Shown here: piece after piece, positions 1 to 10,700 of the stretch | Layout: every line of letters starts with the position of its first letter | Numbering within the stretch: position 1 is the first letter of the stretch | Origin: Halieaceae bacterium | GTDB taxonomy: Bacteria > Pseudomonadota > Gammaproteobacteria > Pseudomonadales > Halieaceae | Reading direction: 5' to 3' | Assembly (NCBI GenBank): GCA_902522335.1 | Contig: CABYVD010000002.1 | Coordinates: forward strand, 16,428-80,427 | Length of the DNA: 64,000 nucleotides | Notes under the pieces: model-generated | Database searches by the model: none | The model's input: only the letters and a program-made list of their open reading frames with translations | Told to the model about the DNA's origin: nothing | Made by a program: the position numbers and the translations under genes

Positions 1-146
1 TCCCGCGATCGAACCCAGACGGTGTCAGCGTTAATGCGCGCTGTCTGAACTTGGACACCGTAGAAGTGATTTACGACAAGCCGTTCGACGGTCGCAGCTG
101 GGAAAAGAACGCGGGCTCACTGGCCCACCTTTCCAAAGAAAGCTAA
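1..146 (+). CDS. GFA/CENP-V family protein (glutathione-dependent formaldehyde-activating-like), 3' part only
   Basis: Manual translation from nt 3: PRSNPDGVSVNARCLNLD...PFDGRSWEKN...*, TAA at 144-146. PRSNPDG.SVNARCL and FDG..WE are typical of GFA/CENP-V C-termini. Truncated by the window edge. Confidence 0.8.
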   Translation, partial: PRSNPDGVSVNARCLNLDTVEVIYDKPFDGRSWEKNAGSLAHLSKES

Positions 147-149
147 AAC

Positions 150-599
150 ATGAATCGCACCGCCGCTTACTGGAATACAACCCCGCTCGAGCAGTTGAAT
201 GCTGAGGAGTGGGAATTATTATGTGATGGGTGCGGTAAATGTTGCCTGCACAAGTTGCAGGATGACGAAACTGATGAGGTATTCTACACGCGAGTCGCTT
301 GTCGACTTCTCGATATGAAGTCCGGCGGTTGCTCAGACTACGTTCACCGATTTTCCAGAGTGCCGGATTGCATGGACGTCAGCAAAATGACCCCAACCGA
401 AATGAAGTGGCTACCATCGAGTTGCGCCTACCGCCTTCGTGCAGAATCAAAACCTTTGCTCGAATGGCACCCGCTAATTAGTGGACATGTCTCAACAGTA
501 TTCAAGGACCCCAACCGCATTCGTGGCCGGGTCATATCGGAAACCGAGGTGCCAGAGGAAAACCTTGAGGATTACATCATCCGATGGATCGATGCCTGA
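150..599 (+). CDS. ycgN: YcgN/UPF0260 family cysteine-cluster protein
   Basis: EWELLCDGCGKCCLHKL...ACRLLD...CSDY..R...VPDC...WLPSSCAYR...WHPLISG is the characteristic YcgN pattern. Confidence 0.9.
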   Translation: MNRTAAYWNTTPLEQLNAEEWELLCDGCGKCCLHKLQDDETDEVFYTRVACRLLDMKSGGCSDYVHRFSRVPDCMDVSKMTPTEMKWLPSSCAYRLRAESKPLLEWHPLISGHVSTVFKDPNRIRGRVISETEVPEENLEDYIIRWIDA

Positions 600-618
600 T
601 CAGGTTTTGGCTGTGTCG

Positions 619-1035
619 CTACGCGGCTGGTGGAGAGTAGTAGCCTAACAATCTAGGGTAGCCGCTCTTTGTTCTACGGCTGAAGCGAGAGTCCCAGGCA
701 TCCCACACCGTGCCATGTCGAATTGCCATCACATGCCGGGGTATGACCGCTATGAAGTGACCATCCCTAGGTATGTCGGGAAGGTAGGCGTTTTTGGTGA
801 GCGTGAGCTCCCAACCTTTGCCCGTGAGGTAGAGGTAATGAACCGGGGTCATCACACCATCCGCAATCGAGGGATAGAGACCGCCTGTCATCTTTTTCTG
901 CAGATAGGACAAGTCTTCTCGAACGTTGTTATAGGACTCACCGGTAATCAAGCAGATCGCACGGACAACGCAGTCCGCGCGGCCACGAAAACCAGCTCCT
1001 TCTCGCCCCCCATCGTGTTGTACAAATTCCAACAC
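619..1035 (-). CDS. Conserved hypothetical protein, DGGR...DCVVRAI family (possible Cys-His-Asp hydrolase)
   Basis: ORF 619..1131. The likely start is GTG at 1035 (VLEFVQHDGGR), with a G-rich RBS-like sequence upstream and no overlap with the divergent gene at 1109. Motifs DCVVRAI and RHVMAI..G.VWDAWDS. Confidence 0.65.
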   Translation of the reverse strand: MLEFVQHDGGREGAGFRGRADCVVRAICLITGESYNNVREDLSYLQKKMTGGLYPSIADGVMTPVHYLYLTGKGWELTLTKNAYLPDIPRDGHFIAVIPRHVMAIRHGTVWDAWDSRFSRRTKSGYPRLLGYYSPPAA

Positions 1036-1108
1036 TGCGCGCGCCCCACCCTGTGTATTAATGTTATTTCGAAATATCATGGTGGCTGGATCAATTTGAG
1101 GTGCTGTT

Positions 1109-2083
1109 GTGACAGTAAATTTTACAGACATTGAGCGCGCCCATCAGCGTATCGCGCACCTCATTACCCGAACACCATTGTTGAACTCGCCTCGGCTCGA
1201 TGCGATTGCCGGTCGGCGTCTTTGGCTAAAAGCGGAACCCTTGCAAGTCACCGGCAGCTTTAAGTTCCGTGGCGCCTGTAGCGCCATCAGTGCGCTGTCG
1301 AGTGAAGCGCTGGATCGAGGTGTCATCGCATACTCGTCGGGCAACCATGCTCAAGGAATCGCGCTCGCCGCAAAGCTGTTTAAGACCCGCGCCACAATCG
1401 TCATGCCTCATGACGCACCCGCTAACAAAGTCGCCAATACACGTGCTTACGGCGCAGACGTCGTTCACTATGAGCGAGGCGTCGAAAGTCGCGAGGACAT
1501 CGGAGCAGACCTGGCGCGAAGACACGGTTTAACGCTCGTGAAACCCTACGATGATCCCGCGGTCATCGCCGGTCAGGGCACCGTAGGTCTGGAGCTCTCC
1601 GAACAAATGGCGGAGCGGAAACTCTCAGTCTCTGCCATCCTATGCTGCTGCGGGGGTGGGGGTTTGAGTGCAGGCATAGCGACCGCCATGGCAGCGACGA
1701 ATCCCGGAATCACCCTGTACACGGCTGAGCCCGAGGGATTCGATGACACTGCTCGCTCATTGTCTCTGGGAGAGCGGGTTGCAAACGAAACCGAGCAAGG
1801 CTCCATCTGCGACGCCATGTTGACCCCGACACCGGGTGAAATTACATTCCCAATCCTTAAAGCACTGGCAGGTGGAGGATTTGCTGTCAGCGACGATCAA
1901 ACACTTCGCGCCATGCGCTACGCTTTCGATGCACTAAAATTGGTCATCGAGCCCGGTGGTGCGGTTGCACTAGCGGCGGCTTTATTCGCAGACAATCTGC
2001 CCTCATCTGATGATCTTGTCGTGATCGTTTCCGGCGGCAATGTGGATGAGGCAACGTTTGCAAAAGCGCTGACTATTAGCTGA
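1109..2083 (+). CDS. PLP-dependent threonine/serine dehydratase (catabolic type, no ACT domain)
   Basis: KAEPLQVTGSFKFRGA (PLP lysine), SSGNHAQG, GQGT, GGGGL, EPGGA, SGGNVD; 324 aa. Confidence 0.9.
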   Translation: MTVNFTDIERAHQRIAHLITRTPLLNSPRLDAIAGRRLWLKAEPLQVTGSFKFRGACSAISALSSEALDRGVIAYSSGNHAQGIALAAKLFKTRATIVMPHDAPANKVANTRAYGADVVHYERGVESREDIGADLARRHGLTLVKPYDDPAVIAGQGTVGLELSEQMAERKLSVSAILCCCGGGGLSAGIATAMAATNPGITLYTAEPEGFDDTARSLSLGERVANETEQGSICDAMLTPTPGEITFPILKALAGGGFAVSDDQTLRAMRYAFDALKLVIEPGGAVALAAALFADNLPSSDDLVVIVSGGNVDEATFAKALTIS

Positions 2084-2291
2084 GTAAATACCTGCTATTC
2101 CCCCTGTGACAAATTACCAAATTCGGTGATCTGCGCCATCTCGTCGACCGTATGTTCAGCGTAATCAAGCGGTGGGGAGAACCGGTGCGCCGGAGCTTGG
2201 TGGAGATTGCGAGTGCGGACATAAGGACAACCGTATTTGCGCCATTTTATCCAGCCCCCTCCGCAGGCGATTTTTCGAGAGGGAGAACACC

Positions 2292-5200
2292 ATGAGCGAT
2301 GACCGTACCTGGGGCGTACTTGCATCTCAGTCAACTGAGGATGCGCTTAGAAATCACATCACAGGCACGGCGGATGAATTTCATGCCGACGTCGCAGCAC
2401 GCGAGATCCATTGGCAGTATCCGTCCTGCGGCGCGTGGCTTGCCCGCGAGGACGGAAACGACTGGGTAGGCTGGAGCTCCCGTGGTGAAGCCACTGGCAT
2501 AGAGGCTGACTGCTGGACGCCTTGGCAGTCCGTTTTAGACGAGTCGGCTGCGCCCTACTACAAGTGGTTTACCGGTGGTCAAACAAATGCCTGTTTCAAC
2601 CTTGTCGATCGTCATCTGCTATTGGGTAGAGCTGACAAGACAGCCATCATTTTTGAGGGTGACCGATGGGATCCCTCAAAAAACAACGGGCGAGGCGGTC
2701 CGGTTACCGAGCAGCATTTCAGCTATCGCAAGGTCTTTGAAGAAATCATTGCGCGCATGCAGGTACTGCGAGACTTGGGCTTGAACAAGGGCGATCGAAT
2801 TGCCTTTAACCTACCCAACATCCCTGAACAGATTTTTTACATGCTGGCAGCGCAGCGGATGGGCGTGGTCTATACACCGGTCTTCGGCGGTTTCTCGGCA
2901 AAAACTCTGTCAGACCGCATTCACGATGCCGGGGCAAAGCTCGTCATCACCGCTGACGGCGGCTATCGAAACGCCGAAGTGGTCGGTTACAAGGGAACCT
3001 ACGCTGACCCAGCCCTCGATAACTACATCCCGAGGGAGACAGCCCTCGCTACGTTAAAAGCGGTATTGGCAACGTATGACCTCGGTGATTTGGCGGACAC
3101 GCTGTACAGCGACGTTAACAGCGCGCTGGCTGGCGAAATAACCCTTGAAAGGTCCGATGTCATGCGCGAACTCGGCGCCTCACTGGCGAGCCAGAACGCG
3201 ATTGCACCAGAGCTGACAGCGGAGTTACGTACGGCAGTGGCCCGACAACTCGCGGACGCCAAACACAACGTAGAGAACGTGATTGTCGTCGAATATACAG
3301 GTCAGGAAGTGGTGGAACATGCGCGAGACAGCTGGTCGAACGACCTCGTTGCCTCTGCAAAAGCCACGATTGCAAAACACCTTGGAGTTAAAGATTTCGA
3401 GACCCTCAGCTCAGAGGAGCCAGCCGCGTTGTGGGCCAAGCTCAATGCAGTCCTGCCTGTTGAGAGCGTTGACTCGAACTTCCCCCTATTCATCATTTAC
3501 ACGTCCGGATCAACGGGCAAACCCAAGGGTGTTGTCCACACGCATGGAAGCTGGCTGAGTGGCGTTAGCCACACCATGCGCACAGTCTTCAACGCCACCG
3601 AAGATGACACGCTCTACGTCATTGGTGATCCAGGCTGGATTACCGGCCAGAGTTATTTGATTGCGGCTCCCCTGGTACAAGGTATGACGACCGTTATTGC
3701 CGAGGGCTCTCCTCTCTTCCCTCATGCCGGTCGTTTCTCGTCGATTATCGAACGCTACAAGGTCACCCTCTTCAAAGCGGGTTCAACATTCCTCAAAGCG
3801 GTCATGACAGACCCTGCAAGTGCTCGGGAAATGGCCGACTTTGACATGTCCTCGCTGCGCGCGGGCACCTTCTGTGCAGAGCCGGTGTCGCCAGCTGTTC
3901 AGCAATTTGCAATGGACAACATCTGCAAGCACTACATCAACTCGTACTGGGCGACCGAGCACGGCGGCATCGTATTTAGTTGCCCCTGGGGCGGCTACAA
4001 GCCCCTCGCAGCTGATGCTAAGACATGGCCTCTCCCCTGGGTTCAAGCTGAAGTTCGCGTAGCCGAAACTACCGCGGATGACGGCACCGTAACGGTGTGG
4101 CGCACTGCGGAATCGGGCGAGAAAGGTGAGCTGGTCATCACGCAGCCCTATCCTTACCTGGCACGAACGCTCTGGGGCGACGCAGACAACCTGTTTGAAG
4201 ATAGCTGGCGCGGGGATATCGACCGTTTCAGTGAGGTCTACTTCAACCGCTGGGACGGTGAGCTGACCTACACTCAGGGAGACTATGCGCGTCAGCACGA
4301 TGATGGCGCATTTACCCTGCACGGTCGCTCTGATGACGTGATCAACGTATCAGGCCACCGAATCGGCACCGAAGAAATCGAAGGCGCCATCTTGCGCGAC
4401 AAGACCCTGCGCGAAGACTCCCCTGTGGGTAACGTTGTGGTCGTGGGTGCACCGCACGATGAAAAAGGCGAGACGCCGGTCGCATTTTTGGTGGCAGCTG
4501 CAGGTCGAAAGCTCTCCGATGACGATTTAGCGCGACTGCAATCTCTGGTCCGATCGGAAAAAGGCGCTACCGCCGTGCCGTCCGACTTCTTAGTTGTATC
4601 AGCGTTTCCGGAGACACGCTCCGGTAAATACATGCGCCGAACGCTTCGCTCCATCCTGCTTGATCAACCACTCGGCGATATCTCCACGCTCAAAAATCCT
4701 GAATCCGTTGAGGAGATCCGGACAGCCGTCGCCCAGTGGAAGGACTTCGGCCGATTGACTGAGGCAAGACGCGTCGTTCAGACATGGCGTTATCTGCGTG
4801 TCGAAACTCATGAGGTCGCACCGGGTCACTTGGTGGCCTTGGTTGTGATTAGCAGTCCTCCCGTAAACGCATTGAGTGAGCGAACGCTCGACGAGCTTCA
4901 CACGGCACTGACACAGCTCGCTCACCAGGACGATCTATCCGCCATGGTTGTGACAGGTGCGCGGAATACCTTCGTTGCGGGCGCGGACGTAAAAGAGTTA
5001 CTCAAGATTGGCGAGAAAGGTGACTTAGAGTCTGCTCAAACACTGCCAAATGCGGCTCAGACAGCCTTCTCAACACTCGAGAACCTCGATATCCCGATTA
5101 TTGCGGCCGTTAACGGACCCGCGCTAGGTGGCGGTAACGAATTGGTACTTGCCTGTTCGCACGTCATTGCAGCCAAGCACGCCGAATTCGGCCAACCAGA

Positions 5201-7703
5201 GATCAACCTGAACCTCCTCCCCGGTTACGGTGGTACACAGCGTCTGACGCGTAAGCTCTATGACGCCCACGGTGTGGATGGTGCAGCTCAGGCCCTGCGC
5301 ATGATGCTCGATGGCCGTACGATTGATGCCGATACCGCACTTAAGATTGGCCTCATCGACGACATTGTGACCACGGAAGGCCTCTCCACTGTCGAAGCAG
5401 CCATGGCTGCCCTACGGGACCATTTTGCCGGTGGCGACGCGCTGAAAATGTCTATGGCACGGCGTAAAAAACTGAAAGACCAGCGAGAGCAGTCCGTCGG
5501 GATTGACGAATCACTGTTGAATCACCCGGGTGTTGCTTTAGCGCTCAAACAGATTCGCGCGAGTGGCCGTAACAAGCCAGTGGACTTCATCATTGATGCG
5601 ATGCTTACCGGTGCCCGCGATGGCCAGGCAGCGGGTCTGCGCCGTGAGGCCGAGTTATTTGCACAAGGTGTCTGTGATCCTGAATGCGGCCCCAATGGCA
5701 TCTCAGCATTCCTGGAAAAGCGCAGTGCACCGCTGCCACCCAAACCCAAGGCTGTGCAACCTGACGCCTCGGCAGAGGAGCGTGCAGCGCTCATCGAAGA
5801 TAGCAAGTTGCTTCCCATGGGCGCTAGCTTCTTCCCTGGCATCACTCCCATACCCGAGTACCAACTTGGTTATGGCGTGATGCGATCACACGAGGACGGG
5901 AGGCCGCTACACGGTGATCCTGTGGTTGCGGAAAAAGAGCTGGTCTTCCCTACTCCCACACCGGGTCCTAACGAGGCGCTAGTCTACATTCTCGCGTCTG
6001 AGATGAACTTCAATGATATCTGGGCAATCACAGGTATCCCTGTCTCTCCTTTCGATGCGCGTGATGCTGATGTACAGGTCACTGGTTCAGGTGGTGTCGG
6101 CATGGTGGCGCAGTTGGGTCAGGACCTTGTCCATGAAGGCCGTCTGTCCGTGGGTGATATTGTGAGTATCTACTCGGGTCAGAGCGAATTAATGGCGCCT
6201 GATCAGGGCTTGGATCCTATGGCGGCGGATTTCCGCATCCAGGGATACGAGCGAAACGACGGTAGTCATGCTCAGTTCCTGACGGTCCAAGGACCGCAGT
6301 TACACGCGAAACTGCCTGGCTTGAGCATTGAAGAAGCCGGTTCTTACGGCCTGACCATGGGTACAATTCATCGTGCGCTTTACAACACACTTGCTATCGA
6401 GCCAGGAAAGCGCCTGTTTGTCGAGGGTGCTTCAACGGGTACCGGCTATGACTGCCTGCGAAGCGCACTTTCCTCGAGTTGTGCCGCGTTGGGTATGGTC
6501 TCTAGTGACAGCCGTGGCGAGCGTGTCGAGGCGGTTGGCGGCCATGCCATCAACCGAAAAGACGATCGATGGGCTGATATCTTCACTGCCGTTCCTGATG
6601 ACCCAAGCGAGTGGGCCGCATGGGAAGCAGCCGGTGAGGCGTTCGTCGCCGAGGCTGAGAAGAAAGTTGGCGGTCAAATCGACTACTCGGTTTCTCACGC
6701 CGGCGAAACCGCCTTCCCACGATCATTCCAGCTACTCGGTGAAGACGGCGTACTTACCTTCTACGGTGCGTCGTCCGGTTATCGCTTCACCTTTATGGGT
6801 AAAGCTGGGGCTTCTACTCCAGCTGCGCAATTCTCAAAAGCCGGATTGCGAGCGGGTCAGTCATTGCTCGTCGTGTACGGCCCTGGTGCCGAGGACGGAA
6901 TCGTCGACCCAGTTGCTATCGAAGCCATCGAGGTCGGTTGTCAGCGCGGTGCGCAGGTAGCTGTTCTCGTTGATACGGTCTCTCAGCGAGAGTTTGTTTC
7001 CTCCCTTGGCTTTGGCGCACAGATGAAAGGTGTGGTCAGTATCGAGGAAATCGAACGTCGCCTCGGCGATGACTTCGATCCACCCGGACCCTTCCAGCAG
7101 ATGCCGAATCCTTTCACGGAATCAGCGGCATTCAAGGAATCTGTGCGGGCCTTCTCGGACCGAACACTCAAGCCTATTGGCTCTGCGATCGCTCCCTTGT
7201 TGCGCAACACGCTCGACAAGCGCGGACTTCCGGACGTCGTTTTTGAGCGCGCAGGACGCGACGGACTTTCACTTGCCACATCACTGGTTAAACCCAATGT
7301 TGGCAAGATCGTCTACTCGGAGGACCTCAAGGGCTCACGCTTCAGTTTCTATGCACCTCAAGTATGGATGCGCCAGCGTCGAATCTTGATGCCAACCGCA
7401 GAGATTCGCGGTACGCACCTCAATACATCACGCGAGTTTGCGGAGATGCAGGAACGTATTGCCGCGGGACACATCAATATTCTCCCTCCGACAATCATCC
7501 CCATGGAAGACGTACCAGAGGCACACCAAGCTATGTGGGAAAACCGGCATGCAGGCGCTAATTACGTTGCCATGCACGCGTTACCACGAACCAACCTCAA
7601 GTCACGGGACGAGTTGTACCGCGCTTGGGCTATCCGCGACGCAATGGAGCGTGGCGAGACACTTACGAAAGTAGAAACAGGATCAGCAGGAGCACTCCGA
7701 TGA
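2292..7703 (+). CDS. pcs: Trifunctional propionyl-CoA synthase (3-hydroxypropionyl-CoA synthetase + dehydratase + acryloyl-CoA reductase)
   Basis: ATG 2292 follows GGGAGA. Domain order is acyl-CoA synthetase (YTSGSTGKPKG, YWATEHGG, GRSDDVINVSGHRIG, PETRSGKYMRR), crotonase (FVAGADVKE, GGGNEL, FGQPEINLNLLPGYGGTQRL), then a Ccr-like MDR reductase (EMNFNDIWA, GYERNDGS, EGASTGTG, GTHLN). Size (~1800 aa) and order match Pcs. Confidence 0.95.
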   Translation: MSDDRTWGVLASQSTEDALRNHITGTADEFHADVAAREIHWQYPSCGAWLAREDGNDWVGWSSRGEATGIEADCWTPWQSVLDESAAPYYKWFTGGQTNACFNLVDRHLLLGRADKTAIIFEGDRWDPSKNNGRGGPVTEQHFSYRKVFEEIIARMQVLRDLGLNKGDRIAFNLPNIPEQIFYMLAAQRMGVVYTPVFGGFSAKTLSDRIHDAGAKLVITADGGYRNAEVVGYKGTYADPALDNYIPRETALATLKAVLATYDLGDLADTLYSDVNSALAGEITLERSDVMRELGASLASQNAIAPELTAELRTAVARQLADAKHNVENVIVVEYTGQEVVEHARDSWSNDLVASAKATIAKHLGVKDFETLSSEEPAALWAKLNAVLPVESVDSNFPLFIIYTSGSTGKPKGVVHTHGSWLSGVSHTMRTVFNATEDDTLYVIGDPGWITGQSYLIAAPLVQGMTTVIAEGSPLFPHAGRFSSIIERYKVTLFKAGSTFLKAVMTDPASAREMADFDMSSLRAGTFCAEPVSPAVQQFAMDNICKHYINSYWATEHGGIVFSCPWGGYKPLAADAKTWPLPWVQAEVRVAETTADDGTVTVWRTAESGEKGELVITQPYPYLARTLWGDADNLFEDSWRGDIDRFSEVYFNRWDGELTYTQGDYARQHDDGAFTLHGRSDDVINVSGHRIGTEEIEGAILRDKTLREDSPVGNVVVVGAPHDEKGETPVAFLVAAAGRKLSDDDLARLQSLVRSEKGATAVPSDFLVVSAFPETRSGKYMRRTLRSILLDQPLGDISTLKNPESVEEIRTAVAQWKDFGRLTEARRVVQTWRYLRVETHEVAPGHLVALVVISSPPVNALSERTLDELHTALTQLAHQDDLSAMVVTGARNTFVAGADVKELLKIGEKGDLESAQTLPNAAQTAFSTLENLDIPIIAAVNGPALGGGNELVLACSHVIAAKHAEFGQPEINLNLLPGYGGTQRLTRKLYDAHGVDGAAQALRMMLDGRTIDADTALKIGLIDDIVTTEGLSTVEAAMAALRDHFAGGDALKMSMARRKKLKDQREQSVGIDESLLNHPGVALALKQIRASGRNKPVDFIIDAMLTGARDGQAAGLRREAELFAQGVCDPECGPNGISAFLEKRSAPLPPKPKAVQPDASAEERAALIEDSKLLPMGASFFPGITPIPEYQLGYGVMRSHEDGRPLHGDPVVAEKELVFPTPTPGPNEALVYILASEMNFNDIWAITGIPVSPFDARDADVQVTGSGGVGMVAQLGQDLVHEGRLSVGDIVSIYSGQSELMAPDQGLDPMAADFRIQGYERNDGSHAQFLTVQGPQLHAKLPGLSIEEAGSYGLTMGTIHRALYNTLAIEPGKRLFVEGASTGTGYDCLRSALSSSCAALGMVSSDSRGERVEAVGGHAINRKDDRWADIFTAVPDDPSEWAAWEAAGEAFVAEAEKKVGGQIDYSVSHAGETAFPRSFQLLGEDGVLTFYGASSGYRFTFMGKAGASTPAAQFSKAGLRAGQSLLVVYGPGAEDGIVDPVAIEAIEVGCQRGAQVAVLVDTVSQREFVSSLGFGAQMKGVVSIEEIERRLGDDFDPPGPFQQMPNPFTESAAFKESVRAFSDRTLKPIGSAIAPLLRNTLDKRGLPDVVFERAGRDGLSLATSLVKPNVGKIVYSEDLKGSRFSFYAPQVWMRQRRILMPTAEIRGTHLNTSREFAEMQERIAAGHINILPPTIIPMEDVPEAHQAMWENRHAGANYVAMHALPRTNLKSRDELYRAWAIRDAMERGETLTKVETGSAGALR

Positions 7704-10700
7704 ATGATATGAGCGATATTCCCCAGGATCTGCTGACGCAGTCCATCGCTGGGCGTCGACTCGACAACAAATGCATCATCCTGACCGGTGCCGCCGGCTC
7801 CATTGGTAGCTATATCACTCGGCAATTACTGCGCGAGGGCGCGCGGGTCATGCTGACAGGTCGTGATCAGGGCAAACTTGATGACTTCATGGGCGACTTA
7901 GTCGATGAAGGATTCGAGGAAACCTTCATGGTCAGCGCGACAGGTGATTGCGCGGATCCTGAGGTCTGCCGACAGATTGTGGCAAAAACAGTTGCCGCCT
8001 TCGGTCCGATCGATGTGTTGGTCAATAACGCCGGTGCTGCAGGTCCTAAGTTCACGCTTCGCGACATCCCGTTTACCGAGGCAGAGCAACGCGCAGCTGA
8101 TTCCGACCAAACAATGTTCGATTCGGCGATGAATCTTTTGGGTGCGCCTTGGAATATGGCGCGTGCTGCGGCTCCGCATATGTCGGCGGGTGGCAGCATC
8201 ATCAACGTATCGACCATCTTCTCAAGAACGCATTACTACGGCCGTATTCCTTACGTGGTACCGAAGTCGGGGCTGAATGCACTGGGCAAAGGCTTAGCGC
8301 TCGAGCTGGGCGAGAAGCAAGGCATTCGAGTCAATACTCTCTTCCCTGGCCCCATCGAGTCAGAGCGCATTGAAAGCGTATTTGCGCGAATGGATGAACT
8401 TCAGGGCGTCGAGCCAGGTAGCACGGGTAAAGAGTTCCGCGACCTGATGATTACGACCCGAACATCGGACGGTGGACTGGAGTACAAGTACCCGACACCC
8501 ACCGACGTTGCATCCGGCATTGTCTGGCTTGCGTCTGATGAGTCATCTGCGCTCTCAGGACACCACATTGAAGTCACTAACGGTATGCAAGTACCTGCGC
8601 AAAGTCGATCTCAGCTTGTATCGTGGCCCGATAAGCGACTCGAGGATCTCTCGGGTCAGGTTGTGCTCATTCTGGGTGGCGATGACTACCAAGAGGCAGT
8701 CACCTTTGCGGAACGCCAGATCCAAAGTGGCGCCCGTGTCATGCTGGCCTTCCGAAATCTGAATACGGTCGGTCACGCCCGCTCATTACTACAGGCTCGA
8801 AACCTTGATGACGTTCAGCTATCACACCTAGACCCCCTTCGCAGGGAGTCGGTAGATCGCTCAATGCAGTTGATGTCGGATCATTTCGGTCGGTTAGACG
8901 GGGTGATTCTGCTGCCGCAAAAGCCTAACGGTGAGTACGGTTATTCCTTGTGTACTGCGAATGATGAGGATGTAGCGAACTTTGTCCGTGACGAGGTGGT
9001 AGCACCTGTGGCCTTCGCATCGAGCTTCGCTCGAAACATGGATCGCCTGTTTGCAGACGGCGAGCCACCCGCGATTGTCTACGTCACAAACCCATCTGAT
9101 CGTCACGGTAATCTAATGAACGAAATCATCCGCGCCTCAGTCGAAGCACTGATTCGTGGCTGGCGTCACGAGGACGAGACACTGGCAAACGCCGGCGATC
9201 TCACATGGGCTGTTCAGCCCAACCAGATGGTGCGCTACGACACCGAGGACGAAGAGGCATTAACCTTCGCCGCCGATTGGGCAGCAACGCTGACCAACCG
9301 CGTCCGTAAAATGGATTCGATTAATCTGTGGTTACCCCGCAGTATCAAGCGTTCGACGGGTAAGAGCTCAATGCCGTCCTCTATCTCGCGTGTACTACCG
9401 GGATTACACAAAGGTCGCACCGCGGTCATCACCGGAGGCAGCCTAGGCATTGGTCTGCAACTGGGTCGTTTCCTTGCGATTGCAGGTGCGCGCGTACTTC
9501 TGAGCGCACGAAGCGAAGGCAAGCTCGCGGAAGCTCGAGATGAGATTGTCGACGAGCTGCGCAATATTGGTTATCCAAGACCCGAAAGCCGCGTCACCAT
9601 CTTGGGCGGCATCGATGTCGGTGATCCCGATGCACTCGATCGACTTCACGCCCACGCGGTCGCGGAGCTTGGCCATGTCGACTTCCTGATCAACAACGCC
9701 GGTATTTCAGGCGCTGAAGAGATGGTTGTTGATATGACGCGTGCCGATTGGGATCGCACCATGGAAGCCAACCTCATTTCAAACTACTCGTTGATACGTA
9801 AATTCAGCCCAGCAATGAAGGCGGGTGGTAGAGGTTCCATCTTGAACGTATCGAGCTACTTTGGTGGCGAAAAATACGTGGCTGTGGCCTACCCCAACCG
9901 AGCAGATTATGCCGTGTCAAAGGCGGGTCAGCGGGTGCTGGCAGAAATTCTGTCGCGGCACCTCGGACCGGAGATTCAGATTAACGCGCTGGCTCCCGGT
10001 CCCGTTGACGGTGCTCGCTTGCGCGGCTCTGCCGAGGCGCCCGGGTTATTTGACCGTCGCGGACTGCTGGTCCTTGAGAACAAGCGGTTAAATGAGGTTC
10101 ATAAGGCCATTCTGGCCGGCATGTCGAGTGGTTTCAGTGCAGATGATGTAATGACGCTTGCAAGTAACGCAGTGGACGGTATTGATATCGATGCACTGCC
10201 AAAGCCAATCGCGCGTCTCGTACTGAAGATCCGTGACTCGGGTGGCCTTGGAAACTCATCCAACTACCTCATGCATACGGGCATCGCAGAGAAACTGATG
10301 ACGCGGCTTGTTCGCGCGGGCATTCTGAGCGATGAGCAGCGCGAGCAGTTCCTTGGAACTTTCGTTGATGCGCCGGCGCCCTTCTTTGAATTCGCCGAGA
10401 CGTCAAAGCAGGCGGAGCAGATTGAAACGGGTATTTTGAACCGTCTTCACCTGCATAAGATGCCAACCGATGAGCAGGTGGGACTGTCAACAGTATTCCA
10501 TCTTGCGGACGACATCGTCAGTGGCGAGACCTTCCACCCCTCCGGCGGCCTGAAGTTCGATCGCTCGGTTACAGAGGGTGAATTGCTGTTGCCCCCTAAC
10601 GAGAGCGAGATTGCGAAACTGCAGGGTAAGCGCATCGTCCTGATTGGCGATTCGATGAAAAACGAGCTTGCCAATATTGCTAATGGTTTCTTGGCTCAAA

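Noticed and set aside
1109-2083. Threonine dehydratase as part of the pcs-mcr system (2-oxobutyrate to propionyl-CoA)
   Set aside because: It is separated by a ~210-bp leader, belongs to a common family, and nothing in the sequence supports co-regulation.
2172-2291. N-terminal extension of pcs in the ORF track (similar extensions at 7625, 16071, 17256, 24988, 40563, 47763, 51938, 54516, 63206)
   Set aside because: Downstream starts have better RBS or gene-overlap context and coincide with the start of family homology or signal peptides.
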